This document shows positions 1-8,800 of a stretch of 44,006 nucleotides of DNA, piece after piece; positions within the stretch are counted from its first letter, which is position 1; every line of letters starts with the position of its first letter. The notes under the pieces were generated by a model, which saw only the letters and a list, made by a program, of their open reading frames with translations, made no database searches and had not been told where the DNA came from. The position numbers and the translations under genes were made by a program. This DNA is from Burkholderiales bacterium (GTDB lineage: Bacteria > Pseudomonadota > Gammaproteobacteria > Burkholderiales > JAEUOS01), in the NCBI GenBank assembly GCA_031387185.1, contig JANNCZ010000565.1:1-44006 (forward strand), written 5' to 3'.

Positions 1-1
1 G

Positions 2-238
2 CCCCTGGCGCGCGCACTCTATGCACACGCCGAAATTGAGTCGGAAATCCCGGCAGCGTTGTACAACGCAGTGGCACAGGTACTTGCCTATGTCTATCAG
101 TTGCGTGCTGCCGTGGGGAACCGCATGCCGGCAGCGCCAGGTGAAATTGAGGTGCCGGCCGAGCTCGATCCGTTTAGCGCAGCACGTGATGAAAGTGTGC
201 AGATGCGCGCGCAGCTTTCACAAGGAGTTGCGGCGTGA
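2..238 (+). CDS. flhB: Flagellar export-gate protein FlhB, C-terminal end (5' part outside window)
   Basis: Frame-2 translation from the window edge reads [38 protein letters not shown]..., the conserved C-terminal tail of FlhB/YscU-family proteins. The TGA stop at 236-238 overlaps the flhA GTG (GTGA). The position upstream of flhA is canonical. Confidence 0.85.
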   Translation, partial: PLARALYAHAEIESEIPAALYNAVAQVLAYVYQLRAAVGNRMPAAPGEIEVPAELDPFSAARDESVQMRAQLSQGVAA

Positions 239-2430
239 GCGCAGCGCTGAGCCGCGACATGGCAGCTTCTGGCGCGCCGGGCGGCGGTCTCACGAGCAGC
301 TTTACCAGCGGTCTTGCTGGCGGACTGCCCGGTGCGGCAGCCTGGCGCCACTTCCCGTGGCGCACGCTGGCTGCGCCCCTGCTGGTCGTGATGATCATCG
401 GCATGATGATTCTGCCGCTGCCGCCGATCCTGCTCGACCTCTTGTTTACGTTCAACATTGCGCTCTCCTTGATGGTGCTGCTGGCAGCGGTGTATGCCAA
501 CCGGCCGCTCGACTTTGCGGCGTTCCCCTCGGTGCTGTTGTTGACGACGCTGTTGCGGTTATCGCTCAACGTTGCCTCCACCCGCATCGTGCTGCTCAAC
601 GGCCACACCGGCCCCGATGCAGCAGGCAAGGTGATCGAAGCCTTCGGCCATTTCCTGGTGGGTGGCAATTTCGCGGTTGGCCTCGTGGTGTTTGCGATAT
701 TGGTGGTGATCAATTTTGTGGTGATCACCAAAGGCGCGGGACGCATCGCCGAGGTCAGTGCGCGCTTCACGCTCGACGCCATGCCCGGCAAGCAGATGGC
801 GATTGATGCCGATCTCAACGCCGGCCTGATCAACGAGCAGCAGGCAAAAAGGCGCCGCGCCGATGTCGGCCAGGAAGCCGACTTTTATGGCGCGATGGAC
901 GGCGCCTCCAAGTTTGTGCGCGGCGACGCCATCGCCGGCATCCTGATTTTGTTCATCAACATCATCGGCGGCTTTGCCATCGGCATGCTGCAACACAATC
1001 TCTCCGCCGCGACGGCAGCCAACAATTACATCCTGCTCGCCATTGGCGACGGCCTTGTTGCGCAGGTGCCTGCGCTGGTGATTTCGATTGCAGCCGGTCT
1101 GGTAGTCAGCCGCGTCGGCGGCGGCGGCGACGGCACAGCGGGTGAGAGCGAAGACATTGGCTCGCAGATCGTGCGCCAGCTTGTCACCCATCCGCACACC
1201 TTGATGATCACCGGTGGCGTGCTCACCGCACTCGGGCTGATTCCCGGCATGCCGCACTTTGCCTTCATCCTGTTCGGCGCGGCTGCGGGGTGGTATGGCT
1301 GGTGGCGATTGCAGCACCCGGCAGTGAGCGCGGTGCCGTCTGCACCGGTGGCGGCTGCTGTCGATGGAAGCGAGGCCACCTGGGACGATCTCGCACCGGT
1401 CGATGTGCTGGGTCTCGAAGTCGGCTACCGCCTGATTGCGCTGGTCGACCGCAATCAGGATGGCGACTTGCTCAAGCGCATCAAGGCGATCCGCAAAAAG
1501 TTTGCGGGCGAAGCCGGCTTTCTGCCGCCGCAAGTCCACATCCGCGACAACCTTGAGCTGCGCCCCGGTGCCTACCGCATCAGCCTCAAAGGTGTGATCG
1601 CTGGCGAAGGCGAGGTCTATCCGGGTATGTATATGGCGATCAATCCTGGCCGCGTCACCACCAACTTGCCCGGCATGCAGGCCACCGACCCGGCATTCGG
1701 TTTGCCGGCCACCTGGATTGAAGCCGCGCTGCGCGACCAGGCGCTCGCCGCAGGCTACACCGTGGTCGATGCCGGCACCGTGCTCGCAACCCACCTCAAT
1801 CACTTGATGCAGACCCATGCAGCAGCCCTGCTCGGACGTGGCGAAGTGCAGGCCTTGATCGACCATCTCACGCGCATTGCGCCCAAGCTGATCGACGATC
1901 TGGTACCCAAGCAGTTGTCTCTGGCGGTGCTGCAACGTGTGTTGCAAAACCTGCTCGAAGAGGGTGTCCACATCCGCGATATGCGCAGCATCGCCGAGAC
2001 TTTGGCTGAGGCGGTGTCCGAATCGGCCACCGCGCCGGACGCGGCGGCGCTCAGCGCGCGCGTGCGCATTGCGCTCGGCCGCGCGATCATCCAGTCCCAT
2101 TTCGGCAGCGACCGCGATATTGAAATGCTGGTGCTCGACCCGGAACTCGAACGCATGCTGGCGCAGCACGCGGGCCATGACGGTGCGCTGGTGATTGAAC
2201 CGGGCCTCGCCGAAAACCTGATGCGTGAGCTCGGCGCAGCCGCACAACGTCTTGAGGCGCTTGGCTTGCCTGCGGCCTTGCTGGTGCCGGACCGGCTGCG
2301 TGTACCGCTGGCACGCCTGGCGCGGCGCGCGATGCCACGCCTCAAAGTGCTGGCGCATGCCGAAATTCCGGAAGCCTGCTCGATTCGTGTCTCGGCCATG
2401 GTGGGCGCGCGTGCACCACTGCCTGCGTGA
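235..2430 (+). CDS. flhA: Flagellar type III export apparatus protein FlhA
   Basis: 731-aa ORF. It has an N-terminal membrane region with [25 protein letters not shown] and the FHIPEP-type segment [28 protein letters not shown], followed by a large cytoplasmic C-domain. The GTG at 235 is coupled to the flhB stop; the ATG at 259 is an alternative start. Confidence 0.97.
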   Translation: MSAALSRDMAASGAPGGGLTSSFTSGLAGGLPGAAAWRHFPWRTLAAPLLVVMIIGMMILPLPPILLDLLFTFNIALSLMVLLAAVYANRPLDFAAFPSVLLLTTLLRLSLNVASTRIVLLNGHTGPDAAGKVIEAFGHFLVGGNFAVGLVVFAILVVINFVVITKGAGRIAEVSARFTLDAMPGKQMAIDADLNAGLINEQQAKRRRADVGQEADFYGAMDGASKFVRGDAIAGILILFINIIGGFAIGMLQHNLSAATAANNYILLAIGDGLVAQVPALVISIAAGLVVSRVGGGGDGTAGESEDIGSQIVRQLVTHPHTLMITGGVLTALGLIPGMPHFAFILFGAAAGWYGWWRLQHPAVSAVPSAPVAAAVDGSEATWDDLAPVDVLGLEVGYRLIALVDRNQDGDLLKRIKAIRKKFAGEAGFLPPQVHIRDNLELRPGAYRISLKGVIAGEGEVYPGMYMAINPGRVTTNLPGMQATDPAFGLPATWIEAALRDQALAAGYTVVDAGTVLATHLNHLMQTHAAALLGRGEVQALIDHLTRIAPKLIDDLVPKQLSLAVLQRVLQNLLEEGVHIRDMRSIAETLAEAVSESATAPDAAALSARVRIALGRAIIQSHFGSDRDIEMLVLDPELERMLAQHAGHDGALVIEPGLAENLMRELGAAAQRLEALGLPAALLVPDRLRVPLARLARRAMPRLKVLAHAEIPEACSIRVSAMVGARAPLPA

Positions 2431-2458
2431 GCGACGCGCGCTGTCAAGCAACACATCA

Positions 2459-2490
2459 GAACTCCGGAACTCCGAAATGCCGAACTGCCA
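2459..2490. repeat. Four head-to-tail 8-bp units (GAACTCCG GAACTCCG AAATGCCG AACTGCCA) in the flhA-flhF spacer
   Basis: Read directly from the sequence. Two units are perfect and two are degenerate. The tract lies 78-109 nt upstream of the flhF ATG. Confidence 0.7.
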
Positions 2491-2567
2491 AACAATTGCC
2501 GTGCCAATGAATCATCACGCAGTCGAAACGAGTCCATGAAACATCTCGACGTAAGAGGGAGTCTTGC

Positions 2568-4106
2568 ATGCAGATGAAAAAGTTCATCGCCGCCACGGCG
2601 CGCGAGGCCATGCGCAAGATGAAGGCTGATCTCGGCAACGAGGCCTACGTGATCTCAAATCGCAAGACCGCACAAGGCATCGAGATTCTCGCGATGGCCG
2701 GTAACGCGATGGAACACCTGACTCAGCGCGCCGAGGGTACGCCGCCGCGCGCACCGGCACGCACGCAAGAGGCCATGCTGGCGGCAGGCAGCGCGCTCGC
2801 GGCACCGTTCAAGACCTTGCGCGACATCGCTGTGCGCATTCCGGCGGCTGAACCGTCCGTGCGATTGGATTCGGCACAACCGCCGCGAACGGCGATGCCC
2901 GCGCAAAAGGTGCAAGCTGCCGGCGCCAACACACGCCGGGTAGCGGCTGCGGGTGCCACTGCAGACGGGCCTGCAGAAACGCTCGCAACCGCAATTCGCA
3001 ACGATCCAAGCGTAGCTGCGCCGGTCAACGAACAGCGCCTACTCGACGAATTCCGTTCGATGAAGAACCTGCTGGAGTCACGTTTGTCAGCGATTGCCGG
3101 CCACGCCGCTGCTGCGCCCCGTCCGCTCGCGGTGACCTTGTGGCGCGAATTGACGCTGGCTGGCTATTCGCCGGGCATCGCGCGGGCAATCAGCAGCCGC
3201 GTGCCCGATGATTTTGGCGAAACCGAGGCGCGTCAGTGGTTGCGCGACGTGCTGACGCGCAATCTGCATTGCGCGCTGCCGGAAAATGATCTCGTCATGC
3301 GCGGTGGTATCTACGCGCTCACCGGCCCCACCGGGGTCGGTAAGACCACGACTGTGGCCAAGCTCGCTGCGCGTTGCGTGGTCAGGTACGGGGCAGCATC
3401 TCTCGGGCTGGTGACGACGGATGGCTATCGCATTGGTGCATTCGACCAGCTTGAAATATACGGGCGCATCCTCGGGGTGCCGGTGCATGCCGCGCAGACT
3501 GCCTCTGACCTGGAAGCCGTGCTCGCCGCGTTACGCGGCAAGCGGCTGGTGCTGATCGATACCGTGGGCATGGGCCAGCGCGATGCCCGGCTCGAAGCGC
3601 ACATGGACTTGCTCAATGTCGCGGGGGTGCGGCGCGTGCTGTTGCTCAATGCAGTGGCGCAGGCCGAGACGCTTGACGATGTTGTGCGGGCCTACTTGCA
3701 GGTCGGGCAGGTCGGGCAGGTCGGGCAGGTCGGGCAGGTGGGGCAGGTGGGGCAGGTGGGGCAGGTGGGGCAAGTCGGGCAGACGGCGCAGGCGGGTGGC
3801 CAACATACCCCCCAGCTTGCCCGCACAGGCATTGGGACACGCCAACCGGTGATTCTCACCAAGCTCGACGAGGCGGTGAAGCTCGCGCCCGTACTCGACG
3901 CCTGCACGCGCCACGCCCTGGAAATCCAGTACATCACCAGCGGGCAGCGCGTACCGGAAGACATTCATCAGGCCAACGCGCGTGCGCTGGCGCACCGCTC
4001 GTTGCATGCGCTGACCAGCGGCGCGTTCATGGTCACAGAGCACGAGTGGGCGGCGCACGAGCTGCCCGCCACCGCGCGCCCCGCCGGCACTATGGAGATG
4101 CATTGA
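2568..4106 (+). CDS. flhF: Flagellar placement SRP-type GTPase FlhF
   Basis: 512-aa ORF with RBS GAGGGAG 6 nt upstream. The N-terminus MQMKKFIAATAREAMRKMKADLGNEAYVISNRK is typical of FlhF. GTPase motifs are GPTGVGKTTT (G1), DTVGMGQRD (G3) and LTKLDE (G4), plus ITSGQRVPEDI. The position between flhA and flhG fits. Confidence 0.93.
   Translation: MQMKKFIAATAREAMRKMKADLGNEAYVISNRKTAQGIEILAMAGNAMEHLTQRAEGTPPRAPARTQEAMLAAGSALAAPFKTLRDIAVRIPAAEPSVRLDSAQPPRTAMPAQKVQAAGANTRRVAAAGATADGPAETLATAIRNDPSVAAPVNEQRLLDEFRSMKNLLESRLSAIAGHAAAAPRPLAVTLWRELTLAGYSPGIARAISSRVPDDFGETEARQWLRDVLTRNLHCALPENDLVMRGGIYALTGPTGVGKTTTVAKLAARCVVRYGAASLGLVTTDGYRIGAFDQLEIYGRILGVPVHAAQTASDLEAVLAALRGKRLVLIDTVGMGQRDARLEAHMDLLNVAGVRRVLLLNAVAQAETLDDVVRAYLQVGQVGQVGQVGQVGQVGQVGQVGQVGQTAQAGGQHTPQLARTGIGTRQPVILTKLDEAVKLAPVLDACTRHALEIQYITSGQRVPEDIHQANARALAHRSLHALTSGAFMVTEHEWAAHELPATARPAGTMEMH
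3699..3779 (+). repeat. In-frame 9-bp tandem repeat x9 inside flhF encoding (QVG)9
   Basis: 4x CAGGTCGGG, then 4x CAGGTGGGG, then 1x CAAGTCGGG, contiguous. The translation is QVGQVGQVGQVGQVGQVGQVGQVGQVG in the flhF frame. Confidence 0.95.
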
Positions 4107-4108
4107 GC

Positions 4109-5026
4109 ATGAATCGCGCACTGGCAACTTCCGCTTTCGCCCGGCCCCGGCCCGTTGAGCGTAGGGCGCCGCCGCTGGACCAGGCCACAGGATTGCGGCA
4201 CCTCCTTGGTGGTGCCTCACCGCAGCTGCCCTCTTTCATCAAGGCACAGCGGCACCTGCGCGTCCTGGCGGTGGCGGGTAGTGCGGCGCAATCGGGCAAG
4301 AGTGCGATCGTGGCCCAGTTGGCGCTGCACGCTTCGGTTTCCGAGCGCGTCCTGGTGCTCGATCAGACTGCCAATGAAATTGCCCGCCAGGCGGGTGTGA
4401 CGACACGGCACGACCTGTTTGATCTGGTGAGTGGCCGCCTTGATTTTGACGCAGTGGTGGTGTCAAACGGTAACTGGAGGCTTTTGCCCGCGCAGCGCGG
4501 ATTGCGCAAGCTGGCAGAGGCGGGCACCAAAGAAGAAGAATTGCTTTGCGCATTTCTGCGCCTGCACGATCCGGTGTCGCTGTTATTGGTCAACCTTGAC
4601 GATCAAGCGCATGCCCCGTTGCCGGTGGGCGCAAGCGGCGGCGAAGTGCTTCTCGTCACTACGCCTGGACAGGCTGCGATAACCGCCGCCTACGCACGCA
4701 TCAAGGCATTGGGCCGTGATGCTGCGCGCCGCAGTGACGGTTTGCCGTGCACACCCGCCACGATTCGCGTGCTGGTCAACGGCGCGAGCCACTACGCCGA
4801 TGCGCGCCGCGTGTTTCGCGTGCTGGCCGATACCGCACGCAATTTTTTGGATGTCGAACCGGTATACGCAGGCTTCCTGCCGCCTGACCGCAGCGGCGTG
4901 CCATTCGGTACCAATCGCCACGTGCCGGCACCGGCATGCGCCGCTGCCCTGGCGCGGCTTACCACAGCCGCACGTTCTTGGCACCTGGCCGAATACAAAT
5001 TGCCCGACACGGGCGGCGTTGAATAA
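4109..5026 (+). CDS. flhG: FlhG/FleN-like MinD/ParA-family flagellar number regulator (divergent ATPase motifs)
   Basis: The ATG at 4109 lies 2 nt after the flhF stop. The N-terminal LDQATGLRHLL matches the DQAxxLR FlhF-activator motif. The MinD-like fold is suggested by VLAVAGSAAQSGKSAIVAQLAL at the Walker A position and by VLLVTTPGQAAITAAYARIK. Synteny is flhF-flhG-fliA. The longer ORF start at 4046 overlaps flhF and was not used. Confidence 0.78.
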   Translation: MNRALATSAFARPRPVERRAPPLDQATGLRHLLGGASPQLPSFIKAQRHLRVLAVAGSAAQSGKSAIVAQLALHASVSERVLVLDQTANEIARQAGVTTRHDLFDLVSGRLDFDAVVVSNGNWRLLPAQRGLRKLAEAGTKEEELLCAFLRLHDPVSLLLVNLDDQAHAPLPVGASGGEVLLVTTPGQAAITAAYARIKALGRDAARRSDGLPCTPATIRVLVNGASHYADARRVFRVLADTARNFLDVEPVYAGFLPPDRSGVPFGTNRHVPAPACAAALARLTTAARSWHLAEYKLPDTGGVE

Positions 5027-5037
5027 GGAGTCATTCC

Positions 5038-5769
5038 ATGTATACCGCGTCCGGCGCGATAGCGCACAGCCAACACGACCCCAGCCACTCGGTGCAGCAG
5101 TTTGCCCCCCTAGTACACAAGATTGCCCATCACATGCAAGCGCGCCTGCCAGCGTCGGTGGCGGTGGACGACCTGATTCAGGCCGGCATGCTGGGGCTGT
5201 TGGATGCGCTCGGCCGCTTTGAAGACGGGCAGGGCGCCCAATTTGAAACCTATGCCTCGCAGCGCATTCGTGGCGCGATGCTCGACGAGTTGCGGCACAA
5301 CGACTGGTTGCCGCGTGGCGTGCGCAAGACACAGCGCGAGATCGAAGCGGGTCTCAGGCGTGTCGAACAGCGGCTCGGACGCAGCGCAGCAGAGAGCGAG
5401 GTTGCCGCCGAGCTTGGCGTCGAAGTGCGCCAGTATCAGGAGATGCTGGCCGAAGCCCGTGGTGGCCAATTGGTTTACTACTCTGAGTATGACGGCGAGG
5501 GCGAGAGCGGCGATCCCTATCTCGACCGCCACTGTGCCGATCATGACAGTGATCCGGGCGAGCAACTGGGCGACGCGCGCTTCAAGGCGGCGTTGATCGA
5601 TGCCATTGACGCGCTTCCCGAACGCGAAAAAATGCTGATGGGCCTCTACTACGAACAGGAACTCAACTTCCGCGAAATTGCGGCGGTGCTGGGCGTGACC
5701 GAATCGCGGGTTTGCCAGTTGCACAGCCAGTCGGTAGCGCGCCTGCGCACGCGCCTCAAGGGCTGGTGA
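5038..5769 (+). CDS. fliA: Flagellar sigma factor sigma-28 (FliA)
   Basis: 243 aa with RBS AAGGAG. Sigma-70 region 2 is DDLIQAGMLGLLDALGRFEDGQGAQFETYASQRIRGAMLDELR. The region 4 HTH is LNFREIAAVLGVTESRVCQLHSQSVARLR. It follows flhFG as in polar-flagellum clusters. Confidence 0.93.
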   Translation: MYTASGAIAHSQHDPSHSVQQFAPLVHKIAHHMQARLPASVAVDDLIQAGMLGLLDALGRFEDGQGAQFETYASQRIRGAMLDELRHNDWLPRGVRKTQREIEAGLRRVEQRLGRSAAESEVAAELGVEVRQYQEMLAEARGGQLVYYSEYDGEGESGDPYLDRHCADHDSDPGEQLGDARFKAALIDAIDALPEREKMLMGLYYEQELNFREIAAVLGVTESRVCQLHSQSVARLRTRLKGW

Positions 5770-5860
5770 GGCGCGCAGCAGGTTGGTATGGCCGGGTTGA
5801 CATAGAATGATTGGCATAACGACGTGCGAAAGCTGCTCTCTCGCGAAGAGGGGGAGTCGA

Positions 5861-8800
5861 ATGGCGCAAGGGCAGGAGATGGAAAAGAAACTGGCTGGCA
5901 GTCCCAGAGTGCCGCGCGATGCCATGCTGGCGGACGCGATCCGCGCTCTGGTCGACTTCGCACCTGAAGGCGTAGCGCTGGTTGATCAGACCAGCCATCA
6001 GATTGTGTATGCCAATCGTGCGGCAGCGCACATGCTGCGTGCTGACGCCGCACGTTTGGCGGGCCAGAGCATCATTGCTGCGGCGGTCCATCCGCAACCC
6101 GGCGGCGGAGCGCCCGAGGCCCTGTTGCAAGAAATGGCGCAGGAGGTGATGGCACGCCGCGAATCCGTGCGCCGCTGGCGCCTGCGGCGGATCGACGGAA
6201 TTTTGATTGATGCGGAAGTGCGCGTCATCCTGCTGCCGGGCGAGGCCGGTATGTTTCGTGTCAGCCTGATTGACCTCACGGCGCAGACTGCGCTTGAAGA
6301 GGCCGCCGTGCGCAGCCAGGCTGCGTTGCGCGCCAGCGAAGCACGCTTCCGCCATTTGACACGGATTTCGAGTGATTGGTACTGGGAAAGCGGCACGGAC
6401 GGGCGTTTTACCTCGGTAGAGGGCGGGACCGACGCACAGGCAGCGGCACGCGCCGGGCTGATCGGCCGCCTTCCGTGGGAGGTACGGCGCTTCGAAGTCG
6501 TCGAAACCGGCTGGGACGAAGTGCGCGCGTGCTGGTCACGCCGGTCCGCCTACCGGCAGGTGCTGCGCTATCTTGTCGCAAGTGAGCCTGGGGAAGTCCC
6601 GCCGGTGATGGAAATCGCCGCTGAGCCGCTGTTTGATGCAGAAGGTGCCTGGACCGGCTATCGCGGTGTGGCACGCGACATCACGGCACGCGTGCGTGCC
6701 GAAGCTGAACTCAAGGAAAGTGAAAGGCATTTCCGGCGCCTTACCGAAATTGCCTCGGATTACAAATGGGCGACCGACGCCGAACACCGTTTTATCGAGC
6801 TGGTTGCTGACGCCGGTGGCCTGGTACGGGGCGACGCATTGGGCAAGCGGCGCTGGGACATCCCGCATCTGCGCCCGCTTGGCGGTAACTGGGATGCACA
6901 CCGGTTGACGCTAGACGCGCGCCAGCCATTTGATGATCTGACCGTGGAAGTGCTGGGCACTGACGGGCGGCGGCGCTTCCGGCGCATCAGCGGCGAACCC
7001 GTGTTCGATCCGCACCTGGGGTTCACGGGCTACCGTGGCGTAGGCATCGATGTTTCGAATAACCAGCGCCAAACGCTCAAGCGTTCAGGCGAAGCACGTC
7101 TGTTCGAGGCTCTGGCGCGTGGCGAATCAATCGCTGCACTGATGGAAATTCTATGTGAAGTGATTGAAGGCGTGACAGAACGACCGTCGCGCGCGGCGGT
7201 CATGCAGGTGGTTGACGGGCATCTGGTGCCGTTGGCCGCATCGCATCTTCCGGACAGCTACACCAGCGCCGTGGACGGCATTGGCATCGAAGCACTCTGC
7301 GGAGCTGCCGCTGCTCTCAACAGGGTTGTCGTTTGCACCGACACGGAGACCGATGAGCGCTGGCGGATGTTGCGCTTGATGGCGCGCAACGCGGGCATTC
7401 GCGCCTGCTGGTCGACACCGATTTGCAGCGCAGATGGACAAGTTATCGGCACGTTGGCGGTGTTCATGGGCGAGGCCGCTGATCCCGGCATCGGCGATCT
7501 CGATGCGACCGCATCGGCGGCGCGCATCGCCGCGCTGGTGATCGACCGTTTCCGTGCCCAGGCAGCCTTGCGCGCAAGCGAGGAACGCTTGCGCCGTTTG
7601 GTGAGCCTTTCGTCCGATTGGGAGTGGGCGCAGGACGAACACTTTCTGTTCACACACGTGGGCGAGTTTCAGGGCGAACACGGCAGGCCGGTCTCCGCTT
7701 CCGTTGGACGGGCGCGCTGGGACAACCCCTGGCTGCGACCGATTGGATTTACCTGGGAGGAGCACCGTGCGCTGCTCGAAGCCCATCAACCGTTCTCGCA
7801 TACCTTGTTTGAATTCACCGACCCAGCGCGGCAACGTTTCTACTGGGCCATTCGCGGTGAACCGGTATTCGACACCGCTGGTCAATTCAGAGGCTACCGG
7901 GGCGTCGGCTCTGACATCAGTGCGCGCTATCGGAATGATGCATTGCGCCTGGGCGAGCGCGCGCTGTTTGAAGGCATGGCGCAGGGCGCAACGCTGCCCG
8001 CGTTGTCGACGCTGCTGGCGCAGACGCTGTGCGGCGTATTGGAGCGCGACAGCGCTGTGATCATCAAGGAACACCGTCACAGTAGGTTGCAGCCGATCGG
8101 CACACACGGAGTACGTCCTGGCTGGAGCACGCTGCTGGAGCACACCCTGACATTGGACGCGGACCCCACCACCTGTGGTGAAGCGGCCCGCACCGGCGGC
8201 ATCTGTGTGGCTGCGGACGCTGCCAGCGAGCCGCGCTATGCCGGCCTGCGCGATCAGATCATCGCGCTTGGAATTGGCGCCACCTGGGCGGTGCCGGTGA
8301 CCGGCAGTGATGGCGTGGTGATGGCGACCATCGGGGTGGCCTGCCCCGCTGCCGCTGCACCTTCGGGGCAGGACATCGAATTTGCCAAAGCGGTGGCGCG
8401 CCTGACTGAATTTGTGCTTACCCGCTTCCGCTCGGCTCAGGCGGTGCGCGAAAGTGCCGAGCGCTACCGCCGTCTGGTTGAACAATCCCAGGAGGGTGTG
8501 CTGATCCACGAATTTGGCATTATCGAGTACGCCAATCCCGCATTTTTGCGCATGGCCGGCGCACCGCGCATGGAAGACCTCATGGGCATGCATGCGGTAA
8601 AGCTCTACGCCAAAGAGTCACAGGCGCGTGCACAGGAACGTCTCGCGCGCCTGCGCGAGGCGGGAGGGTCACTCGGCTTCACCGAGATGACGTTGCAGCG
8701 GCTCGATGGCGGTTTGCTGGAGGTGGAAGTGGCTGCCAATGGGTTCGAGTTGCACGGACGGCGCATGGTGCAGTCGCAGTTCCGCGACATCAGCGCGCGA

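Noticed and set aside
559-2454. 631-aa ORF antisense to flhA (also 174-833, 1800-2537 and similar)
   Set aside because: It lies opposite a gene with unmistakable FlhA motifs. The translation is Arg/His/Gly/Ala-rich low complexity with no recognisable motif. Long antisense ORFs are expected in high-GC DNA because stop codons are rare.
2492-2506. Sigma-54-like TGGCACGGCAATTGT on the minus strand of the flhA-flhF spacer
   Set aside because: Its orientation would drive transcription antisense into flhA. The -12 element is TTGT, not TTGC. It is probably a chance match.
3699-3779. Possibility that the 9-bp repeat tract is a CRISPR or other non-coding array
   Set aside because: The units are contiguous with no spacers, are only 9 bp long, and lie in frame within an otherwise continuous FlhF ORF whose conserved motifs resume downstream.
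4046-4108. Longer flhG start given by the ORF track (4046)
   Set aside because: It would overlap the last 61 nt of flhF. The ATG at 4109, directly after the flhF stop, gives a protein whose N-terminus carries the DQAxxLR motif at the usual distance.
5807-5860. Upstream ATG (5807) for the PAS/GAF kinase, and a TTGACA (5797-5802) / TAGAAT (5803-5808) pair as a promoter
   Set aside because: The ATG at 5861 has a strong GAGGGGGAG Shine-Dalgarno and 5807 has none. The two hexamers are directly adjacent, so they cannot form a -35/-10 pair, and no properly spaced partners were found.
7151-8593. 480-aa ORF antisense to the PAS/GAF kinase
   Set aside because: This is the same high-GC shadow-ORF pattern. 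The sense strand carries clear PAS/GAF/HisKA motifs, and this ORF has none.
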